Positions 30,626-41,300 of a stretch of 64,000 nt of DNA are shown here, piece after piece. Below the pieces are notes generated by a model. That model worked only from the letters and a program-made list of their open reading frames with translations. It did no database searches and was not told where the DNA came from. Within the stretch, counting starts at the first letter, position 1, and each line of letters opens with the position of its first letter. Source of the stretch: Giardia intestinalis. Lineage: Eukaryota. The stretch is taken from NCBI GenBank assembly GCA_000002435.2, contig CM018790.1. One strand, 5' to 3'. Made by a program: the position numbers and the translations under genes.

Positions 30626-31262
30626 GTTCTAGAAAGGATCAAATTAACTTTTCTCTGCTACTAAAGCTCTTCATTTGATAAATATTTACTTAACCTGATT
30701 CGTCGACTGTATAATTGCCTATCGGACTAAATATATGTAATCGCGCGTATCTCGATATCTGTGCTTAAAAGGATTAATTCCATCTGTACTTTTATCTCTT
30801 TTTATCTCCAAAAACTCGCTGCATTCCGCTATTGTCTCTCCAGAAAAGTTTGCAGCTCTCATACAGGCTGCCCTTTCACCAAGCAGTACAACTGATGAGA
30901 GGGCCGCTTTAGGCCTCGAGATTGTCAGCCTCTTGTCCTCTAACGAGGCATATCCATCTGTCCTGGCCAAAGTGTCGTTATTGCCCGATGAACTAGCAAG
31001 TGTTCCTGTTAAGCTTGCGTCTCTTTCTCAAATTCGGCAGATTTTCAATCAATCTCGCTGTCCCCCTGTGCACACTGCTGATGAAATATTCGTGTCACTC
31101 TTCAATACAATTTGTGCAACGCCGGTGCCGTCTCTGCTCTCGGCGTCAGTTGATACTTTTTCGACGGTACTTGCACGCTCTTCTCAGTCACCTTATAACG
31201 TACTACTAGCTGTTTGTGCATCTACTGATAGCGTCTGCGGGATTGTTCTTAGATCAAGGAAC

Positions 31263-34046
31263 ATGACTCCTGCCGTTCTCTTCAGTGCTGAGGCACATGT
31301 CGCTGAGCCAGAACTCTCGGTGCGCATCTTAAAACTTGTTGAATCTATAATAGAGAAGCTATCTGTGCACCACCTCACGTCAGAGAAGAGCCTGGGAACT
31401 AATCTTGACTCGTTTATTTGTTATATGATTGCTGTAACAAGCTACGTTCTTTTCCAATATGGGGACTTATCTGTACTCAGCTCCCTCTTGACGCACGCCT
31501 TATCAATCTTAACTTCGTTAATTCCAGGCACTTGCACTGTTCCACAGAGTATTGTCGAACCTCTTGTAACGGAGATTCTGACACTTGTGGCCAACATCTT
31601 GACCAGTGGCCAGCATGCTACCGCAAATGAAGGATCAGTGTACGCCCTTCTCGCAGGTTCATGGCGCTGCTTATCGCATATCTTCTCTGTCTATCAAATG
31701 GAGTTAGATAGTGCACTAGACACAGCACGGGATCTTGCGTGTAGAACTATATTGACTGATCTGTCGTCGACGGTCACATGTACAGAAGTAGCGACTATCT
31801 GTGGAACCGTAGGTGCTCGTTTTCTAAATGCGTTGCCAAAAGACCCCAGTGGGCCCTTTGGAGCATACATAACAGGCCCCCTATCGATTCTACAAACAAT
31901 TCTGAACCATCGGAACATGCAAACAAGCGACTTGGCCGCTAACTCCTTCTTTTGTAATCAAGCTGTATCTGCCGTGATATCAGACCTGATTATTCACGGT
32001 TGTTGCCTGGACAAGTATGATCTCCACGAGTGGATGACGTCTCCGTTTAACGGGGCCCTCGTAGACGTCTCTGGAGGGAAGACCAATGAGTGTTGTGACT
32101 TCGTGGTTGAGTGTTTCTTTGGTTTCCAAGGACTCCTCATAAAGACTTTCATGACGACGTTTACCACGGCAGTTACGGCCTTCAGCGCTCTTTCAGAGGA
32201 ATCCACAGAGTACTTTGCAGCGTCATTGACCCTAGACAGTGTCTTGACTGTCTTTGGGGCTATATGGCCCAGTCTCACCATAGACGTTGAGCACCTTGGG
32301 GCCGATAGCTATGGGGAAAGAGGTACAGAAAAAGAACATGGGACGCCATTTCTTTTTGAAGACGCATACGGTATCTTTGATTCGTTATTTAGGGTGTGTA
32401 GTCTCGTTCTTAAGAGGCCGCTCTATTGTCCCCTGACAGTAGGTCAGCCGGCGTCACTGGGTAATCTTCTCTTTCTGCGTCGGCTAGCGCTCCTTTTGAC
32501 CTACGTTAGCGCGGCTATTTTGCCCGAGTTTGTCGATTCCTGTTTTAGCCTATTGCTTTGTTTTCTTCAGGCTCCTATGCTCACTACATCGTCACCCACT
32601 GAGGCAGGGCCCCTCGAGGCCTACATGGGACTGCAAGTTCTGGCTGCAAATGCGATTTCTACCATAGTCACAGACATGAGCTCAGCCGATGCACAAAGAG
32701 AGGCGCTGCTGTCAAGTAACCATACTCTTAGTATCTTAATTGCTGGAATAGATATTCTGACTGCTGTATTTTCAGATAGTTCCCGTCTTCCTTCTGATGG
32801 ATACCTTGATGTGCACACAAGATTGGTCGAGAGTCTCCTGTCTTTTCTGAATAGCGAGCAGGATAACATGAAATTGGAGCGGTCGTTTTTCTCTTCATTG
32901 ACCTCATCACTAGGGTCTTTAGTTGTAACAGCATCAAAATTCTTTGACCGGAGCTCAGCGCTTCGCAGATTGCTCAATTGTTACAGAGAGATCTTATTAA
33001 TACACATTTATGCCCTCAATTCAGAGTGCGAGGCTGACCTATCAGCCTCTCTAGAACTTTTTAGACTTATCTACCCTGTGTACATGGATACAATCCTGCC
33101 CCTCATTAACAGTGTCTTAATAGACTCAGCTCTAGAGATCGTTAGGGCTGTTCTGAACCTTCTGAACCTGTTTCCTCTAGTGGACAACTCTAAGGACTGC
33201 CTGGAAGCAACTGCTCTAGTTTTGTTTAAGTTGGTGTCCGTGACAAGGCAATCGGTGAGCTCTAGAGAGCTCGTGTACACACATACAACCGTAACGAATC
33301 TGATTATTACCATGATACAGCTATATCCAAAGTATATGGTGATGGAAGGGCAAGCAGTCACAGCTAGTTTTCTTTCTTACCTCTTTAGCTTCACGGAAGA
33401 TTGTGGAGACATCAATGGCTTTTATCAAGCCTTCTCCATTCTTATAGAGTCACTTGTTGATGTTGGCGAGTTAGCGCAGGTACTCTATAAGGGTGCCCAG
33501 TTCACTAGCGACCTTTCAAGGATTCGACAGTTTATGGATCGATATGCATACCTTCCATCGGATACGCCCCTGATACAGATTGATTCTCTGATAGCCATGG
33601 AGCTTCCTATATCCGCTATCCTTATCTATCTCTCAATTCGCTGTGCTTACACAAGCATCACTGCAGATTCACATCGGGACATATTACTGCGAGCGTACTG
33701 CTATGCTGCCCCCCTTGTTTACGCAACGGATACCTGCGTGAGTGTCCTGGGGAACGCAGATGCCTTCCTTACGGGGCTTTTTGATTTCGTCTGCAATCTG
33801 CTCCCATGTCTTGGCGACGCATTATTTAGTAAGAGGATAGCCACAGTCCTCCAGATATTTATCACCTTAGACAGTTACAACGGGCCTCAGGCATCCAGTA
33901 TTCATACTGTACTCAACCGTTGCATGCCACAGCTCGCACAGACTATTCAGCAGTTCAAGCACTTCAACAGGGATGAAGCAGACCCCACCTACACAGCCAT
34001 CGTGCGGGCCCTGGAAAGTCTGGTCGACAGACGAATGGAAAAGTAA
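31263..34046 (+). CDS. Large hypothetical helical (ARM/HEAT-like) protein; 5' end uncertain
   Basis: The frame is open from 30741, but the ORF-track start at 30933 is TTG and there is no in-frame ATG until 31263. Downstream is a 927-aa Leu/Ser-rich helical protein. Confidence 0.4.
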   Translation: MTPAVLFSAEAHVAEPELSVRILKLVESIIEKLSVHHLTSEKSLGTNLDSFICYMIAVTSYVLFQYGDLSVLSSLLTHALSILTSLIPGTCTVPQSIVEPLVTEILTLVANILTSGQHATANEGSVYALLAGSWRCLSHIFSVYQMELDSALDTARDLACRTILTDLSSTVTCTEVATICGTVGARFLNALPKDPSGPFGAYITGPLSILQTILNHRNMQTSDLAANSFFCNQAVSAVISDLIIHGCCLDKYDLHEWMTSPFNGALVDVSGGKTNECCDFVVECFFGFQGLLIKTFMTTFTTAVTAFSALSEESTEYFAASLTLDSVLTVFGAIWPSLTIDVEHLGADSYGERGTEKEHGTPFLFEDAYGIFDSLFRVCSLVLKRPLYCPLTVGQPASLGNLLFLRRLALLLTYVSAAILPEFVDSCFSLLLCFLQAPMLTTSSPTEAGPLEAYMGLQVLAANAISTIVTDMSSADAQREALLSSNHTLSILIAGIDILTAVFSDSSRLPSDGYLDVHTRLVESLLSFLNSEQDNMKLERSFFSSLTSSLGSLVVTASKFFDRSSALRRLLNCYREILLIHIYALNSECEADLSASLELFRLIYPVYMDTILPLINSVLIDSALEIVRAVLNLLNLFPLVDNSKDCLEATALVLFKLVSVTRQSVSSRELVYTHTTVTNLIITMIQLYPKYMVMEGQAVTASFLSYLFSFTEDCGDINGFYQAFSILIESLVDVGELAQVLYKGAQFTSDLSRIRQFMDRYAYLPSDTPLIQIDSLIAMELPISAILIYLSIRCAYTSITADSHRDILLRAYCYAAPLVYATDTCVSVLGNADAFLTGLFDFVCNLLPCLGDALFSKRIATVLQIFITLDSYNGPQASSIHTVLNRCMPQLAQTIQQFKHFNRDEADPTYTAIVRALESLVDRRMEK

Positions 34047-34071
34047 ACGAGACCGCTGGACCATCCCAGGT

Positions 34072-34662
34072 TTACTTGTTAGTCTTCTCAGTGAATATAC
34101 CCGTCTGGGCGAACGCGAGACGGTTGGCGGCAACCTTCTCTGCTCGCTCCTTGCATCGCTGCTCTGCCTTCTTGCGGCGCTGCTCAAGCTCCTCCTTCTT
34201 CTTCTTCTCGAGCTCCTGCTCCTTCTGCATTCCAACGATGTGCTCCAAGAGAACGCGCTTATTCTTGAACATGTTACCCTTAGCCTTAGCATAGAGGGTC
34301 TCATAAAGGTGCCTATCGATCTTTTCGTCGTCACGGTACCTGCTCAGCAGGCGACGGAGGACACGCTGGCGCTGAATCCAGAGAGTCTTCGAAGGCATAC
34401 GAGCCTCCCTGGTACCGCGGCGCTTACCGTGACCGCTGTGGCGGCCGAGGCGCTTAGCTGCATGGCGCGCACGAATACGACCGCGCGAAGAGCCCTTGAT
34501 GTCCAACTTTGCAATGATCTTTGACTCAATCAGGGATCGGATAGCCTCACGACTCGACGCCTGTTCGATGTACTTCTCATGGGCAGGGTTAAATCGAACG
34601 CGGCGCTTACCACATTTGAGGACGTCTGCCGCCAGGCGCTTCTGCAGCCTCAGATTAGCCAT
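34072..34662 (-). CDS. RPL19: 60S ribosomal protein L19 (eL19)
   Basis: MANLRLQKRLAADVLKCGKRRVRFNPAHE... matches the eL19 N-terminus ([28 protein letters not shown]). Basic K/R-rich C-terminal extension. ATG at 34660-34662. Confidence 0.9.
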   Translation of the reverse strand: MANLRLQKRLAADVLKCGKRRVRFNPAHEKYIEQASSREAIRSLIESKIIAKLDIKGSSRGRIRARHAAKRLGRHSGHGKRRGTREARMPSKTLWIQRQRVLRRLLSRYRDDEKIDRHLYETLYAKAKGNMFKNKRVLLEHIVGMQKEQELEKKKKEELEQRRKKAEQRCKERAEKVAANRLAFAQTGIFTEKTNK

Positions 34663-34794
34663 GTCGGGAGGTCGAAAAAGTTCCGAGAAAAATTCATTTT
34701 AAAATCATTTCAAGTATTTTGTAACGCTTAGCAATTTTTATGGCAACTAAACATAAAATTGAAAAGCTCATTGAAATAGGACCAGGGAATAAAA

Positions 34795-35352
34795 ATGGCT
34801 TGTAAGGACGTTTTGGAATCTTCCGAACTGTGGTACTTTCCTCCGTTCTTCACCCTCCAACAGAAGATTGAGCAGGCGGACGTCTGCACTGAACAGCTCA
34901 AACAGTGGGACGCTCTTTTAATGAAGTGGTGCTATGAAGTAAAGTCCCGCGAGATTCCGAAGGATAACTATCTGGAGAAGGCGATCTTCAAGAACACAAA
35001 GATCAATCGCAAGGTCAGCGATGAGCTTTTCAGAGAGATCATCGATTGGTTTAAACGCAAGGGGCGTCTCGTCGAAATCAACAAGTCCTACTACCTTCTT
35101 TCTGCACCCGAAGATACTATTCCAGATTCCCTTCTCCGGCTCTTGAAAAACAATAACTTTACTGTGGGCTGCATTATTACCGTCTTAGAGTTAAAGAAGA
35201 CCATGGATAAAGACGCATCAGATCTGTTTGCTCTACCAGACCCAGTGCTCAAGAAGGCTCTCGAGGCTTTGCAGAAGAGTGGCAATCTTGCTCTCTATCA
35301 GGAGGGGCCGGTCTTTGGAGACGAAACGGGAATTAAAATCCTGGGCCTATGA
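34795..35352 (+). CDS. VPS25: ESCRT-II subunit Vps25 (EAP20)
   Basis: N-terminal WYFPPFFTLQ motif (Vps25 PPFFTLQ), two winged-helix-sized halves, 185 aa. ATG at 34795 after gggaataaaaATG. Diverges from the eL19 gene across a 133-nt A/T-rich spacer. Confidence 0.75.
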   Translation: MACKDVLESSELWYFPPFFTLQQKIEQADVCTEQLKQWDALLMKWCYEVKSREIPKDNYLEKAIFKNTKINRKVSDELFREIIDWFKRKGRLVEINKSYYLLSAPEDTIPDSLLRLLKNNNFTVGCIITVLELKKTMDKDASDLFALPDPVLKKALEALQKSGNLALYQEGPVFGDETGIKILGL

Positions 35353-35394
35353 CACTCTTGCTATGTTTACATGTGTTATTCTCTACGGCACCTC

Positions 35395-38300
35395 CTAATG
35401 GTTTCGCACAATGAATGCGGAAAGGGCAGCCACGCCTCCACCAAGCACGATACTGGCAGCTTCGCTTTTGGCGTCCATGCAGCAGTCTGTTAGTAAATTT
35501 ATTCCCTGGCGCATGTTGTCTATGGCCCGCTGGGAGTCGTACGCTGAGATGTCACAGGATGCCAGGTTGAGATGGTTGAATACTTTACGTATGGCCTTAA
35601 CAAGCTCCTGCTTTTGTGCTTTCGGTTCCTCTATGTCTGCAGAAGAAAGCTTTTTTGTTGCGATATCTTGTGATAAAGCAACCAATCGTTCATATACTTT
35701 AGATGCCAATTGAATGTTGCGCTTCGCGGGAGTCCCCCGCATGACCTCATCGAGAGTCAAACTACTTATTATAGCATAGCGCCCAAGGCAGTAGCTAAGA
35801 TAAAAATCTATAAAGTTCGCATAGTACATGCGTCGACAAGAAAGATCGTGCACAGCGTCTGCAAGGGCGCAACTCTCAACTGCAGGTTGATCCCCTATCT
35901 CCAACTGAGCAATGACAGAGGTGTCGTCCTTATACTCTACGGAGAAAGCGTAGAACACCTCTGTTACGGAATTGAAGTTGAGCAAAGTAACACATGTATC
36001 ACAGAACTCTCTAAACTTCCCTTCAGTAAGAAAGTTCTCTGTACTAATCTTAGACCAAACAAGGGTCATACTTTCAAAGAGCGAGCGCCTATAGCCACCA
36101 TACGCCACTAATATCATTTGCGAAAGATGTACTATGTCAATGGTATAGGCTTGCTTACTGCGCTGAACCAGCTTGCAACTATAAATGCTCTCGCACAGAC
36201 TGTACCTGCGCTTACTGCTCCAGTTGGGCAGTATGGCTTGTAAAAGCTCAGGTACCTCGACTAAATCCACAGCATCTCTATGAAGCCCACCAAGGGCCCG
36301 CTGGATGTCAAGATATGTGAGGTAAAAGTCAAAGTCTAAGTCACCGAATAGAAAACGCGCAAATAGGTAAATTTCGTTGTTCTCGTATTGATGATAGCAA
36401 ACAGAGACGATCAAGGACCATAAAAGCGATGTGACTATGGCGGTTACGCCATACTTGTTCTTGGCATAATATAGTAAAAAGTGTGGCAAAGACTCTGCCT
36501 CTTGCCGTGAGAGACCACCGTGAACAACGTTGAAGCTAAAAGATCTGCTCCGGGAGTCAGTGCCTTTTGTACTGTCTGCTTTTGTGATGTCTGCTCCACC
36601 TACTCCGTCAGGCACAGGGTCAAGCTCAACCTCGTGATCTCCCCGGCCTTCATCTTTCAGAGAAACTGTCAACACGTGTTCTACGGGTTCCTTGATGGTA
36701 ACGTAGGACTCTTCCATGTTGATCCTGGAACTATATATAGCCCTGATTAGCTTGAGAGTCCATATACTAGACTTTAGATAGGCGTTGGCAATTGGTATTC
36801 TAATATATGTTTTGTGCATTATGTCCACAGCACTTCCCGTCTCTATTGTAAAAAGTTCACAACGGTGAGGAGAGAGCTCTTGAAGTAGTTGTAGAATGGT
36901 CGGAAAGATTGACCTAGATTCATTCTTTCGGACATGTAATGCCGAATGTCTCAGGTACAGCACTGTGTCACCAGGTCTTGGTATCAGCAACTTCGTCTTA
37001 GAGAACTGCTTGGCAGTAATGCGAAAACCGTCCGTCAGGGAATCATTGGGTTTAGTTATATCTTCTTCTGTTATCGTCCTAGAAGGAAGATGCTTTATGG
37101 TCTCCACTAGATATTCAAACGTCTTCTGCATCTTCTGGCGAGTAGCCTGTCTATTCTGAGGCGACTGTTCCTCGCCTTTTGAAGAATTAGAGGAGAAGTC
37201 GTCTACAAGATCAACATTAGAAGAGAGAATACAGGGATAAATAACTTGGCTGTCATCAGAATGAGAATGTGCTAGTTCTAATAGTTCATGCGGGAGCGTA
37301 CAACGATGTCGCTTGAAGGATCCGAACTTTGTAACGAGGGCTTCAAACGTCCCACCAACAAACTGAAGTAATGGCCCTTCTGGTGGTTCAAGGGGATTAC
37401 ATTGGGTGAAGAGGACATTCTGGCCGTGCCTGGGATGGAGCCGCAAGTATGGGTGGCCAGAATGGGATGCAGTCACCGTATAAGATGGACGAGAATCACG
37501 GCCACGTGCATGGAGATACTCGCTATATGTTAGCGCAAGTCCTTGAGGATAAGTGTTGTCCTGTTTTGTTTTGATAAACGTGGTTGAGGAGAGCTGCGGT
37601 TGGAATTGGCCTTGGATATGATGATTGAGAATTTTGTTCTCAAGGCGACGGTTTTGAAGTGCTGTGCGTTCAGTGGTGGATGTAAGAGCTGGTGATTCCT
37701 TGCCAGGACCTAAATTAAACTTACTTTGCTGCTGCGCAAACAGTAGCAAACGTCCACCTCGTGCTTCCTCAGGGGTTAAGCTTTCTATTAAAAGTGACCC
37801 CTCTGCTATGTTATTCTTTTGTCTGATGGTTTCAGAGGCAAATTTATTAGCATCAATGCTTTGTCGCAAGCGTTGGGATGGAAGGGATTTGTGCCGTTGG
37901 GATACAGAAAGGAGCTCGAGAACGGTCTCCTTGTAAGTTCTAGAATTGTTGTCGACAAGATCGTCGTTGGCCATACTTAGAGCCATGTCCTCCCGAGTAC
38001 ATCGTAGAGATGTGTCAAGTGGCTGTGCGATAGAACCAGAAAGGTTACACCCGTCCAGTGGGCTCAACTGTTGAATGGCAGATGGTGACTCCATGTCCGT
38101 GGCAATATCTGCGGTGTCCTTAACATCTGAGTCTGGATTGAACTGCGATTTAGCCATGCTCTTGAGGTATGATGTTATAGGACTACTAGTATTAATTGCC
38201 GTTTTTGGCCGTTCACTAGCAGCTTTTAGATCTAATAAACTTTGTTCTTTGTTATGGAGGTTCCTCTGTTGAACAAGGGGAAGATGGTCTGGTGAGTTGT

Positions 38301-41300
38301 CATCGCTGTATTTTGTAATTCCTGACGGTCCTAGAAGCCCGCGTGTAACTAGGGGCAGACTAGTTGGCAAAGATCTCTGTAAAAGACTGAGCAAGGGGCT
38401 GGTGCGAGTCACAGGGTCATCAGTTTGCTTGATGTCTTTGGGAACTTTGCCCCCACCGTTATTTGCCTGAGAATCATTTTGAGGAATAAGCTGCTCAGTC
38501 ATGTAGATGTCTGGAAAGAGAGGAATATTAGTGAATCGTGACATAGTGAGATCAATGGCATTATCATTGTCTATGGGAATCGAATCGATACGTGTGACAT
38601 CGGCCGGTGTCTGCACAGGGGTTTGCTCCATTTGTAGTGGATCTGCATGCATAGCTGTAAAGAGCTTTTCAATAACAGAAAACGCGTCATTGACCAGGAG
38701 ATCACCGGTTGAAATTATTTCATCCAAGACCATGGGGGTTGTCTGCGTTGCAATAGTAGCGGTCCCAATTGCCATTTTGACTGCACCCGCTAGCTCTTGG
38801 GGAAGAGGGTGTGCCAGAAACATTGCAGATGCATTCTCTATGCATTCTGGTGGAGGTAGCAATGGATTTATAGAGTCGTTGATAAAGAAAATTGTGAGAG
38901 GTATCTGTGCTTTACCTACAGTGTCTTGATTATTCTCAATCAGGATAGTCTCTTGTCTATCAATAGCTGCGCTCAGAGACTTTGGAATATCATCAGGATT
39001 AAATGTAGCAAGGACTACAGAAGTAGGATTTCCTTCCACGTAATAGATATCATTGGTAAGGACTCTATTATCTTTTTCTATGATCGACATCAGTTCAGAT
39101 GTGCCCTTCTTGACTGAAGAGGTATCAACAAAGCTGATAGCCCCGTCACTAGTTTGTACTATGAGCCTTGGCTCCGACTTGTTTGTCTGTTGCATGGGAT
39201 ATCCAGGGTTTAATGGAGACGACAATGGTCTAGTTGCGGACCAACTCTTTCCGCGAATATTCTCAGAAACACGGGCTAAGATATCCTGTGTTGACAAACC
39301 GTAAAAGTGTCGCTTAGAGGGTGAACCGCTTTTTAGACGTGACGAGCTCTGTCTGCTATCAGTGCTTTTTGCAGGAGAGCCTACCCGCTTTGATTGCAGC
39401 AACATTGCGGGTGCCATAGAAGGCAGGTCTGGTACTGGGGGAGTACTGCCCAACGCTATTGTATTGAGATCTACTATACTCCCTATAGCAGGCGAAGACG
39501 TGCCCCGTGTTGGGCAATCTTTAGCAGAAAGTCTGCGCTGTGTAGATGGGCTAAGCTGAAATGATATCCCTTCTGAGTGTGCAGACCTGTCAGTACTAGA
39601 AGGCCGTGATTCATGAAGTGTGTAGCCGTCACCTGAACGGACGATCGAGTGCTTGACTGCGCAAAGGTTCCCACTTGCGTCTTTATAATATAGATATTTC
39701 TCTCCATTATCCATTGGATTAACCTTACCATTAACTGTCAGCAAATTCTGTTCTTCGCAAAGTTGCTCATACTCACAAGAATGGTTAGTCCCATTGACAT
39801 CCTTATCTAACTGAGTTCCTTGAGAACCCATTCTTTGGGTTTGCCGTGCACTTGTACACGCGCTTGGAAGAGGCTTTCGACCCGGAGAAACACCAAGAGC
39901 CCTGGGATTTGATAGCCTTTTATTGGTAGCAGTTAGTCTGGGTGTGGTTTGGTGTTTAATGGCCTTCTTTCTTCGAGCACGCTCTGCTTTGGATCTGATT
40001 TGGTCAACAACCCAATTGATGGTCTCCTTGGTACACATTGATAGATTGGCGTCAAGGAGTACTTCTATACTCGCTTGCTGATTGTCTTTCTGCACTAGCT
40101 CATCAGAAACAGGGCTCCTTTCGTCAAATAAATTATCTAACACTTGGGATAGCTTCAGTATGCCATTTGTCGTCTCGTTTGCCGCCACCGCTTCCGGGGA
40201 ATTAGCTTTATCAGTACTAGCATCAAGATCATTCCCATTCCGTTGTTGCAGAAGTAGTTCTTTCACCTGGTTATTATCCCGAATGAGCCTATTTGCATAC
40301 TCATCAAAAACTTGCAAGATAGAGCTATTGTACTTGGACTTATAAAGGAGATTCTGTAGTAGCAATATAACTTTGTCCTTTTGTTCCTGGGTTGTGGCGA
40401 GAGAAGCGATGGAAGTAATTTTTGCGTTAGCTGCCTTGACAGTCTCTTCGAAGATATCCACGCTATTGATTTGCAAATGTTCTTCATGAGACTCTGCATC
40501 AACAAAGAATTCTGTGCTCTCATCAATAAGCTGTGAGGATGCATACTGACCCCCGAAATCTACAGATTCCATAGATAGGTTTGGAGGTAAAGTCTCACCT
40601 TGCTGCAAGAAGTCCTTCTCGGGAGCAGTAGTGCGCGCACCCGTTTGATCATCGCGAGCTGGGACTGTCTTACTGGGATGCATCGATGGAATTGTACTGC
40701 TGTGATGAGTGCGCTTTTCAAGCTGAGTCGACGCAAATTCCTTGTCCAGAGATCGCGTCAGGAATTCGCCAGATCCATTATCCAACAGTGCATCATCGCC
40801 TTTCGGGGAGCCAAATTGATTAAGATGATCAAAATCCGAATCACATGGAGCCGAAGGACAATCTCCACAAGAAGGTCTTTGGTATACATCATAAGTTGTG
40901 ACTGAGCTTCTCTCATTATATTCTTTCCCTTGATAGTACTCGGCAAGTAATGTCTGTAACTCATTAAAGTCCTTGTCTGAGTCCATTGGCAAATGCTCAT
41001 ATTTATCCCTGTAAATCTGTAGTTGCCGATGCATATTTAGGAGTACATTGTGGGATTTTCTTAGAAGAAGACTGGTCGATGGAGCAGACGCGTCTGTAAA
41101 TTCGTTATCAAAGGAAGTATATATCCTATTTTCTGCTGATCCACTCGGTTCCTCGTTAGGAGCTGCTAAGCGAAGGTTCCTGACGGTGTCCATGACTGCA
41201 TCGGCGGCCTTCTTCTTTCGTTTAGCTTTTGCATCCATTACATAGCTATCTTTCGTCTGTACAGCAATGCCTTTAGCTACAAAGTATGACGAATACTGCC

